From Azolla caroliniana (lineage: Eukaryota; Plantae; Polypodiophyta): DNA of 64,000 nt. A program made the translations under genes and the position numbers. The stretch's first letter is position 1. The number at the start of each line of letters is the position of its first letter. The stretch is from NCBI GenBank assembly GCA_043228905.1, contig JBHGNT010000002.1, forward strand, positions 22,630,001 to 22,694,000. The letters are read 5' to 3'. Below are positions 24,366 through 35,980 of this stretch, piece by piece. Under the pieces are notes generated by a model. The model was not told the origin of the DNA and did not search any database. It worked only from the letters and a program-made list of their open reading frames with translations.

Positions 24366-27300
24366 TCCGTGTCGGTCTCCCTTAGTTATTTACAAAAATG
24401 GCCCCCCCTCTTCTCTCTTTGTTTTTTTTTCCCTCAACAATAAATGGCCCTTTCCTTACGAAAGAAAACACTTTGACGAAGCTTCCAAGACCCACCCACC
24501 CAACCAACCCCCCCCAAACACCCAATTGAAACCTTTCCTCTTGATCCAAACAAATGTGAGCAATTGTAGAGAGACTCTCTCACGTATTTTTCTTCTTCGT
24601 TGTTGGCCCGATATCCTCTTTCTTGTTTGCATTCAGTGTTGATTGATCGGGGTTTTCATCCAATCCCATGCCGTTAAACTGTGAGCAATGTGTGCTCCAT
24701 CTGCAACCTACCCTACACCCTATTCATTACAATCAGAAGTCTCATCCCAATTCCAATGGGGGTCAGTGGTCCCCTCTCGTTCCCCCACACTAATTAAACA
24801 TGGCCACCTCCTGCCAGCCATATACTTCATCGTTAAATTGTGGAAAACTTGTGGTGCGTGCAACCTCCCCCCCCAAAAAAACATTTGAGGGCAATATTTA
24901 TGATTCAAATTCAATTCAATTAAACTAATCTTTAGTGGCCAAGTTGTGATTCATATTCATAGACAATGTAGTGTTTCATAACTTGTTCTCACTATGGGCC
25001 CACCTCCCCCTCCCTTGCAAGAGTGGTTGTGAAATATCATTATTGATTAGTCGACTTTTCTTTGCATGCACTGCACGAATATATGTATATGCATTTCGTA
25101 CAAATTTAAATTATTTATATTCGATTTTGTTCCCTCGGTAGATAATAAATTTCCAATCGGCAATTGATTGAGGGCCTTTTCATGCACACTATCTCGCAAC
25201 ATCAAAGGATATAAAATATCTCCTCCTCTTTCCAAAAGGTTCATCCTACCACCCCTGGGGACAAGAGATGTTCATATAATAATTATTCAACATGTTTGTG
25301 GACATTGATTCCCCACCTTGCCCTTATTTCTCATGTCCACTCATATTCCATCACATTATACAAATAGTGGTACATTTGCAAAGTCGAATCGGTGGTTCCT
25401 ACAACTTAGTTGACAATGTTGTTGAGAAATGTTTCAAGTGTAATATATGGGAGTTGCATCAATAAAGAGGATAATAAAGCTTCTCATTGCCTGACTTTCT
25501 GTCTTTGAATCAAAGCTTTCGATGATATGGAATGATGCAATTGGAACAATGCTATCTTGTTGGTAGGACGTTCAATATTTGACTATTCGGCCATTCCTTG
25601 ACTAGGTTTAAATTGTTTTGGAGGATGTCATCAAAAAATAAACTTGAGTCGTAATGACGTATCATTCATAATAACAATTGCCAACTCATTAAGCATAATA
25701 ATTGTTATAGTAAATTTTTGATACATGAGACCACATCAATCATTTGAACCTTCGTTTTAGAAGCTCGTGATTTTACTAGCGCCCTACTTTTAAAAGGCTC
25801 ATTAGTTCATTAAGTGTGACTTTTGGGCATAAAGTGTTGCTCACTTAACTAATCACTTCAATATGTTAACTCAAAGAATCGGGTCTCCATTATCATTGCG
25901 AAGATTTTCCTTAGATTGCTTAGTTGAAGACCATCTCATTTCTTAACATTAATCAATATTTGCTTCTTATCAAACTTCATATAGGTTCTTAGCAATTGAA
26001 AGATGCTTATTTCCAATATGACGCCTTTCATCTCGTGTTCATTTCCATAATATGTGTGTGCATATGTGTGTACATACTACATACATACATACATATATTG
26101 GATATTCCCCCATTAATATTACATTTCATGCTAATTCTCTTTACCATACATGTGGATGTCGTCTACATGTAGGCATTTTTAGAAGCAATGTCATGCTTAT
26201 AAGAATTTGAAAAGTCCCCCAATTCTAAATTTACTAATAAAATAAAACATGTCAAAGAAGTTAGGATAGGAAAATAAAATCTCATACTAATCCCAATAAC
26301 AATATTTCATTCCGCAAGATTTGTCAATCCATAAAAAAACACGTGACCCCACTAAGAACGATGTACTTGGAAAGCTAGAATTGTGTAGGAAAGAGGTTGA
26401 GGGATTCCAACGTAACCATCCTTGCAAGGAATGAACATAATGTGATATAGTCACCTTGTGGAATTTTCGCGATGAGTGTGTGCGTTCTTTGACATTCGAT
26501 CCTAATACCTTTCTCATATCCATAATTTGTCCTATAATATGCAACCCATTAACTCTTAAACAACTTAGATCATGATGTAATAATTGGAGTCAAACCAATC
26601 GTAAGATAAGTGGGGAATGTTGTGCTTTGTTAAATTTAGAAGTCCAATTGAACCATAATTCCTACGCAATTCAAGGTAAAATGTCCATTTTGAACTTTAA
26701 GAAAATACTTCTATTGTGCCTTATTTGGGGCGAATCTTACTACGACTTATGAATAACCATGAAGTATCAAGCAATGACCAATAGCTAAAGGCATGTTAGA
26801 TTTTTAAGAAAATAGCTATATTAATTGTTTATCATCGTTGTTAGGATTGCAAGTACACTGGATACATATAACACATTCCATATGAGGTAAAAAAGAATTG
26901 ACACTGTATAAAGCAAACTAAATCCATATGTATTCCACGTTTTGCCATATATGGGTCATATATGAGTAAATTGTCTCTTGAATGATTGAAATGCAAGCAA
27001 GCTGTTATATAATGACATTGTTGTAGTTATATGTAAAAACCCTTATCCATATATATAGATGCTCAAAATAAAATCATTGAGTAGAGTCCGTGCATTATAA
27101 GCAACAAGAGGGAAGCCATACAACCTCTGAATCAAGGGCTAAAGACAACCTATTATTCATATTGTAATAGGTGACAAGTGAGCTAAGGATACAACAACCA
27201 TCTATGGTAAAGCATTAGTTGTTGGATTGGAATATGATTGAACCTATTATCGGTTTACGATTTGGTCTCTATGGAACACAAGCTTGTATTTGCCCTTCAC

Positions 27301-28192
27301 AATGTTGTCTAATTACAAAGCTCTTCTTCATAGCTTTGGGTTGTGACTGACAAGACCCATGAGCCCATGATTTGTGTTCTCATGGTTTAGTCAGTACTTG
27401 AAATGGAAATTTCCCCAATAAAACATTTGTGTGAACGAAATTATCAATGCTTGGTGGTTGGGTTGCTTGAGAAAAAAGATGGATCCCAATTTATTTTTTA
27501 TTGGTCACTAACATTATGATATAATTTGATCTAGTTTTACCAATCATCAATGCCCTCAATGTTAATAAAAGGCCACCACGCTTTCCTTTCCACCATGCTC
27601 GTGGGTTATCCTTGATTATAATAGATTGGTACATAAATGGTTGGTTTCCTAACAAAATTCTAGGAAAAACTTGGTCCCCATAGGAGGGATGCGAGCCTTT
27701 TGGGTGTGTGGTTTTCTTAGAAGCAAGAAAAAGAGTGTCTAGGGACCTACAAATCAATCAGCTATATCATGTGTGCATGTGTATAGATACAGAGAGACAC
27801 ATATAGAGCGTATGTTTTAAGAGAACTTCTATCTTGTACTCATTGTCGCAGATTATAGCTTATTCATGCAATGCGTAGAAAATGAAAAGAAGGGACACAA
27901 AGATGTGCGCACGCACAGGAAAGTGTCATTTTACCTATTGGAAAGGTGGCCTACTTTCCTTGGAATGCGTAAGTGAATCTGGTGTTGTGGCTTGTGGCTC
28001 ACCAATAAAGCACACATCTAAGGAAAGGTGTGAATACAACAAGTTGATAGGCGGAGAAGTGAGATTAGACAACACAACATGGATATGGGATGGAGACCTT
28101 TTTGTTGGAAGGTGTGAGAGAGAGCACTAAATCATTCATAGTAAAAGTATAACGTTTTCCACACACAAGTATATATTTGTGTGATGAGAGAG

Positions 28193-28226
<34 letters not shown>

Positions 28227-28297
28227 GGTTGTAGTTCAATTGGTAAGATTGTCCATTGAAAAGTAGAAGGTCATGCATTTAACTCTTACATTCCCCA
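28227..28297 (+). pseudogene. Degenerate tRNA-like sequence (pseudo-tRNA or SINE head)
   Basis: A-box-like TAGTTCAATTGG, loop TTGAAAA (GAA anticodon position), AAGGTC variable loop, decayed B box, ends CCCCA. The stems are poorly paired. Confidence 0.3.
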
Positions 28298-29184
28298 ATG
28301 GCATCGAGTAAACATTAGGAAAATATATGGTAATATGTGTGAAAGTTGGACACCCAAAAACTTGTTTGGTAGACTACCACTAAGGTAAGTTGATCACAAG
28401 AAAAAAAGATCTTGAGTTAAAGTGAAAATTACGAGGAATAAGGAAGAAGGAGAAGTATCTCAACAACTCTAAGAAGGCCAGTGTGGCCTAATGAGAGCAA
28501 AAGCATCAACATTGTACAATTTGTTCGCTACTTTATGAGAATTAACAAACAATGAATAGATAGATATAAAGAAAGGTGAATTCGCTCATTGTTGACCCAT
28601 CCCAAATCCCCAAGATACACCTCATCCTGATTGTACTATATTTTGCTTGATGGGTCGTCACCACTCCAAAGAGGACAAAGAGAGCCGAGCAAAAGTTTAG
28701 AAGGAGAGAATATGTAAATAAAGGCAACTTGTTTAAAGAGATGGAGTGGGGTAGGTATACATATTTATTATTAACGTTGATATACGATATATTTTGAATG
28801 GGATTGGAACCGATAGGGTATAGCGAGGAACGAACTCGGGCTCTCTCGAACAAACTATGTGTTTACCCTATCGAGGAACGAACTCGGGCTCTCTCGAACA
28901 AACTATGTGTTGTGGAGAGAGAGAGAGAGAGAGAGTGTGTGTGTGTGTGTGGATGAGCATGCATAATAATATGGTATTAATTTCCTTGACTGGTTTATTC
29001 GTTTGGTGGTCAAAAGAAGGTCCCTTATAGATAGAAGTGGCCATAAATTGGGGAGGGGTAAAAAACCAAAGCCAACCCTAATTAATTAATTAATTAGTAA
29101 AAATAAAAAGATTAAGATTGTGTGTATCAGATATGTATGTATATATGGGGGGAGGGCGAAAAAGAAGAAGAAGAAGAGGAAGCA

Positions 29185-29660
29185 AATCTTGGACACGTCA
29201 CCATCGGATGTGCTGTCCAAATCAACGGCTGACGGCGGGCGAAGATCCAGGACACGTACCAAAACAACAACCCCAAGGAAATAAATTATTAATATTTCTA
29301 AACATTTTCCTTTTTTAAAAAAAGAAAAAAGAAACTGCGCTTCTTCGTTAATAAAATAAAATATCTGATGAGTAAAGAAGAAATGAAAAGTCGAAGGTAG
29401 GCGCGCGCCGGCTTGTCGACGTGGCAGCCGGGGACTCAGATTTTTTGGTGCTTTTTATTTTTTATTAAAGAAAAAAGAAAAAAAGCGCCAGGTCCACACA
29501 CGTGTCACCTGTTTCTTCTGTACCGTCGTAGGTGTCCGTTTTCACACTGGTGGGGCTCTGACTGTCCGGACAAAAAAAAAAGCGAGTGAAGTGGACATCC
29601 ATCCCCCCCGCCACCTTATCTACCAAACACTCGCCCCACGTATCCTCTTCGTACGAGCTA
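29185..29660. promoter_or_regulatory. CpG-rich island with a cluster of ACGT-core (ABRE/G-box) motifs
   Basis: GACACGTCA (about 29192), GACACGTA (about 29251), GACGTGGC (29418), CACGTGTC (29499), CCACGTA (about 29636), GGCGCGCGCC, separated by poly-A/T tracts. Confidence 0.45.
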
Positions 29661-30349
29661 AACCATTTATTACCCTACCCCCCCCTTATTATTATTAGTA
29701 TTTAACCAAATTAATTTTTTATTATTTTTTAACCTTTTTTCTTTCTTCAAATTAAGCTTTTTATTAAATGCCTCCTTTTCTTTTGTTTATTGAGTCCTGT
29801 GTTTAGGAAATTTACGAAAGTGACCACCCCCAGAACATATTTGTCTTGTATTGTTCTTCCAACTCTTTCAAATGTCCTCTTTGCAAATCAATGTGATTGC
29901 TCTCTCTCTCTCTCTAGAGTGACACACACACACACACACATTCCTATCTACAATTTAACCATGGCATTGAATTTACAATGAATGTAGAGAGTCAATGCAT
30001 CACATTATGTTGTCCAAGACTCCAGATAATGCCTTGTTAATGCCTTGTTTAGATCTTTGTAAATAGGTAGATACTATAGATCCTCGGGCCTTCAATATCA
30101 AGAAGAGTACTATGAGATTCGATAAATGGATTCACAGCAAACGGTAATAAGTCGTGGCTAATGCATGCTCACATCGGATCATGGTGTTCCAACATCAGAC
30201 GACATAGTCTCGTTAAATAATCTGTAAAATCATTTGTCTCACTTACGCATTAGTCTATTGTATACTGTCGGTCTTGACTCTGAAGGTGGGAAAACTATGA
30301 AATACTTACAACTCTTCATCTATGCATTACTTGTGTGGAAGAAAATTGT

Positions 30350-30615
30350 CATCACTTATTGATGCCACGAATGTGTGCATGATGATGGATGGCTACATAT
30401 TGTGACCTTACTCAATAGTCTGATAGTACCGATAGTGCGTGCTATAACTTGTCAACACTTATTGATGCCATGAATGTGCGCATGATGGCTACACATTGTA
30501 ACCTCACTCAATAGTTTGATAGCAACTAGACTATACATTGAAACTGTGATCACTTATTGATTCCATGAATGTGTGCACGATGGCTATGCATCATAACCTT
30601 GCGTCATAGTCTGAC
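30350..30615. repeat. Degenerate tandem repeat of about 95-100 bp, 3 copies
   Basis: CACTTATTGAT.CCA.GAATGTG at about 30353, 30456 and 30551. Confidence 0.75.
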
Positions 30616-30880
30616 TGTAATGAGACTATGTGTTGCACATTGTTTGTCGCTTATAATGTTGACAATTGAATTGAACCCCATCGATTGCAACAAGTTTGGT
30701 ATGTGATGATTGATCAAACATCAACATTGTCTAATAATTGATTAAACATAAACTTTGCGCAATGCATAAACATCATAAGCATGTACTACACTCTAAGATC
30801 AGTTTATTTCATAAAGTTATCAACAAATCAAGGTAATTGAGTGATTACTAAATTATATTCTGGCTTATCTTCATTGTTTG

Positions 30881-31295
30881 TAACAATCGGCAACGGTTCG
30901 AACTGAATTGAACCACTAAACCGCGGGTTAACGATTCAGTTCGATTTCAACTGTCAAAAACCGCGGTTTAAACGGTTATACGGTTTTTTTAAAAATTAAA
31001 AAAAATTAAAACAAATCTTAAAAAATTAAAAAATGTTTTTAAACAATCTTTTCATTTTTAGACCTTATTCTCACATTTTAGGATCATCTTTAAAATTTTA
31101 AAATTTTAAAAAAATGAAATATTATAAATTTTAAAAAATTAGAAATTTGACCTATGTTGAAAACTGAAACCGAACCACGAAACCGCGGTTTTTACGGTTT
31201 AACGGTTTCGTGGTTCGGTTTAGGTTTTTTTAAATTTTAACGGTTCGGTTTGAACCCTCTCAAACCGAACCGAACCGAACCGTTGCCTATTGTTA
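30881..31295. mobile_element. hAT-type MITE, same family as 7565-7907, opposite orientation
   Basis: TIRs TAACAATCGGCAACGG / CCGTTGCCTATTGTTA, exact 8-bp TSD ATTGTTTG (30873-30880 / 31296-31303), subterminal AACCG repeats. Confidence 0.92.
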
Positions 31296-34200
31296 ATTGT
31301 TTGTGAGCAAGTGACATTTAAACTCTCCTTGTCTAGTTACTTCTTTGAACTATAAACTAGCTTAAAATGGAAAGTCTTTGATTGTAGAACCTGTTGTGAA
31401 TACATATCACGCCCATTTTTACGTACATTTTACACCAATTTTTGACGGAGAAGTGAATCCAAAAGAAATTGTTCCCATATTAATCCATTTTGACTTAAAA
31501 AGACTACACGCACATAATCTGCGTAAAGATTTACTACTAACAGGAAAAGTTGAAGTAAATTGGAGCAAAGGATATTCAAGGCCCGCTTATACTCACAAGC
31601 TACAACACACTCTATACATTCTAATATGTTTACATGACTACAATGAGGTAAAAACTTTTATGACTCAATGTAATCTTCCTCATGAACTTCATTAGGAAGG
31701 GATATTACTTTTTGGGGAATTGTCGACCTTGTCTCATAATGTAGTTGAAACCAACATTATCTCTTCAAACTATAGATTACCATCCCCATAAACAACCCCC
31801 CCTCGTCTTCTTCCTAAATCATGTCATTATAATGAATAATTCTCGGCTTGCCAATATATACCTTCAAACAAATGTTAAACAAAAATATTTTATCTAGTCT
31901 ATTCGACTCCCCTCGTGAAAGCATACTTTGTGGTAAGTTCAATATGATTTGAGCATGCCAAATAGTCTTGTGATTGCTCATCATGCATTAATAGAGCCTA
32001 TGTTGAAACAAATGGCAAGCTGATTGTCGATTGGTAACAGTCAAGATGTTGTTAGCTTTAGATATTGCAAGTTTTTTTTTGTGGGAACAACAAAACAAAG
32101 TCTAGAAAGTTTATAGATTGAAAATTTCTTCCAACCAATTGCATTACCCAAGTAGTTTAACCGTACCATTTTATACTCTACAATCATGATGTAGCCTTCT
32201 GTTTATAGTTTTGCCCATTTTTGGTCATTTGTGTTTTCACTAGAGAAAATTCAATGAGTGATCATCAACATCTATAGAATATATGGTCAAAACATATTAG
32301 GATATTAATTTTCAATATATAACCAAGATGTTGAGAAATATAAAACTCTATTAGAAACAAAACAACGCATAGAGTTAAGTTCTACAAACTGGTTGAACAT
32401 GCTCAATCAAGCCTAGGCACTTTGTTCAACTTGCTTGATATGTTTAAACAAGATTCATAGGAATGTTGAATGTTCATGTTTTTTTTTTCCAAAAAAAAAA
32501 TGCTACAAGAAGGTTCATGTTACACAACACAAAGGGAAGGAAAATTGTATGAAACATCACCGTCAAAAAGCTATTTGAACTCTTTTATGTCATATTCATG
32601 TCGTTTTATTATATTTCTGCAATAGTGGAAGTTGATGCTAGGGAAGGATGACATAATACAAGTCATTAATACAAATAATCTTTGAGACAGAAATATGTAA
32701 TGATTTGGAGGAGCTTGATCACCATAGGTTCCTCAACAAATCACCAATGAGGACAGATTCATTGTCATGTTCTATTGAGAACTCAAACATAATATAATAT
32801 TTTAAATTACAAAACCTAATGTTTGAACATTAAAAGGGTCCATTTTATGATTATATGGGAGCTATTGCTTATGGGTTTCACGCTTTTTACAACCCAAGAA
32901 AAACCCTCCTACACAGTAGACAAAACCCGAATATATTCATGAAAAAGACATGAATTTATCAGCCTTCCCAACAATGGACACGAGGAATTGATAACAATTT
33001 CGTCCCGGTTCCCGGTTTGGCCTTGTCCAAACCAAACAGGTTAAGCCATAATTGGTTTAGGAATATTCAAAGTTGAACCGAACCAATCCCTAAACTAGTT
33101 AAGGCTCAACTAGTTTGGCTTGAGCTTTGCCAAACCGACCTCAAACCGGTCAAGGAAGCTAAAGATTGAATTGAGCCAAATCGAACTGCCAACCCACTAT
33201 GTAGGTGAACATTTAATCCTTTAATGAGGACCATAGATATAAAATCATGCCTTTTTGTGTGCGTATAGACTCTCTATGCAAAGTGAGAATCTATGTCACA
33301 TACAATCATAGATAACATAAAAAAGTGCAAAGATTGAGATAACCACCATATGATCATGTCCTTATTTGATGTAAAAGCAAATCAACTTCGTGTATAATGT
33401 GGTATATATAATTGTCTTGAGTTCATAATCAAAAGAATAAAGGCCTCAATAATCTCTACATCTTGTATGAAGAATAGTTACCATTAATAATGTAAATATA
33501 CTTCTCATGATGGATGTCTTGTTTATCGGGAACAAGAGTGGTTCAAGTCTTCTAGTTCAATATTTTTCTCGTCAATAACATTGTTTTTTTGTTTTCTTTG
33601 TCCCCAATAATTCCTTGTGCGTTGAAACTTTAACGTCTTTCTTCTATAAAATGTGCTCAACTTGACTTGCTTATGATTTAACTCAAGTAAAGTTTGAATA
33701 ATGTATGCATACACTTGTTGAAGGCATACAAACTTTAATTGGGGAGTGTTATGACAATGGGCATAGAGAATCAGAGTTTGATTCTTCCTTTAAAATCAAT
33801 AAAGTTTTGATTCATAAGAGTAGCTTATGGTTCCTAAGATCTTCAGAACAATACATACTATTTTTAACTTTTAAGTTAGTGTTTCATGTCATTATTTCAC
33901 TTTAACATATGGTAATGTAATATCCAAGGTTTACATAGGGAACAATATATTCATGAACAAAATAGAGGGTATGGGTCGTATAATGTTTCAACCCATGTGC
34001 TCCAAACCTTAAGTATTGCTAGACTCCTAGAGTATACTCCACATGCTCTCTTTTTTTTAAAGATTTTCCTCATTAGTATTACGTGAATGCTACAACTTAA
34101 GCTTGTACTCCACATGCTATTAATTAATCTTGATGTCTCCATTTTTCTTGTATATACACACAATTCTTTCTATGGAAATTTCTGTAATACATTTAATCCA

Positions 34201-35666
34201 CTATGAGTTAATCTTTACGTCTCATTCTTCTTCTTTTTTCTAGTATTTAAACACAATGTTTTCTATATGATGTCTATGAAAGACTCTTCAAGAGATGCTC
34301 TATAGGTCATAACCTTTTGGTTGGGGGATACAAATGCACATTTCATCATCCATTATAAAACCTAACTTGAACCTACAATATATCTCGTTAAATAACATGT
34401 ACACAAGGAGGGTTTAGCATGTTTGCTTATTGATGAAGTGTCAGGGATGAACTTTGAATGAATTGAATTCAGTAAGAAAACACAATAATAGTACTAAATT
34501 GTTTTATTTGTGCCTGAAAATCTAATAGAATGATCTTATCCAACATGGTGAAATTTGTGAGTGGAAAATGCACATAAAGTAAAGGCAAGATTATTAATGT
34601 GACATGGAAAGTCATGATTTTACTTTGAGTGGAATGAAATGACGACTAAAGGAACATTATATAGAGTAAAAACGAGTTTGAACAGAGAGATATTACAAAG
34701 GTATATGGATATCTAGTCATTTACAAGTAATTGTGGGCCAATGAGCATGTGTGTCTGACACACAATTGGATATACACATTTCATAAAAGGATTTAGAGTT
34801 CTAATATTTGACCATTTAATATTATGGGGTGAATATTGATACCCTCTCAATCCTTTTGCCTTTTTCCATTGCTATTAAATGAAAAGCTTCATTATATTCA
34901 GATAAACTATAATGCGCCAATCAATACAACCACCACAATGATGCACACACGTCAAGCTTGAACCTCAAGTTACGCATAGTTGCTTGAAAAATCCCATTCT
35001 CATTCGAACCTTCTAGCATATCGCCAATCCCATGCTTATGTTGTATATGTTGGTAAAGTGCATAGCTATGCCTACAAAATAGGGGTTCCATTGACTGTAT
35101 ATTAATGCTCCAAATGCACGGTGTGCCAAAATGTATGCCCAAAGTGCTTGTGTCCTTACGTCACCATAGAAAGTACTACAAACTTTACGCCTCTATATGA
35201 GCTCTACGCAATTGTTGATTGCTCTTTTGGTTTTAATGAATCGCCACAAGTTAAGAGAAATAAAAGCTTTGTAATTTATTTATAATTATTAAGAGTGAAT
35301 GCGTGATATGGAATAAAACATAAAACCATAACCATCATCACAAAAAATCAAAAAACAATACTAAAATGTCATGTCATCGATTCTCAATAAAACAAAACTC
35401 GACGCGAGTATCCAAAATAGTGTTGAAATAAGTATTTGTGGGTTCACAATTGCAATAGAGACATGTATTGCATTAGAATGCTATTCCTCTAATCCTCTTA
35501 CCAAAACTATTCATTGAATTATGTTACTCTTGGACCACCTCTTTTATAGGTTAAGTTGTAATGACTTGTATGGTAGAGAGTTGTCGTGCATGCAACATTG
35601 GTAAGGGCCATGACTATGGCATACAAAAGGGCACTTGGGTTATATCAAGTTTATCCTTATACCAAA

Positions 35667-35980
35667 GGGAAAAGTACCAGGATACCCTTGGAAGTTTGTC
35701 TATTTACCAGAATGCCCTTGGAAGTTCCAAAATTACCAAACTACCCGTATGTCCAAAAAATTACACTTTATAAATTAATTATACACTTAAATCTACAAGC
35801 CCTATTTACCAAAGATGGAAGAAATGGACCAGAACTGGTCCTATTTACCAAAGATTTGAGTGTATAATTACTTTATAAAGTGTAATTTTTTGGACATAGG
35901 GGTAGTTTGGTAAATTTGGAACTTCTAGGGGCATTATGGTAAATAGACGAACTTCCAAGGGTATCCTGGTACTTTTTCCC
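35667..35980. mobile_element. Mutator-like foldback MITE with TIRs of about 128 bp
   Basis: Arms 35667-35794 and 35852-35980 are near-perfect reverse complements starting GGGAAAA; flanked by the direct repeat ATACCAAA (35659-35666 / 35981-35988). Confidence 0.9.

Noticed and set aside
31378-31695. 105-aa ORF
   Set aside because: Non-ATG start, AT-rich, no motif or splice support.
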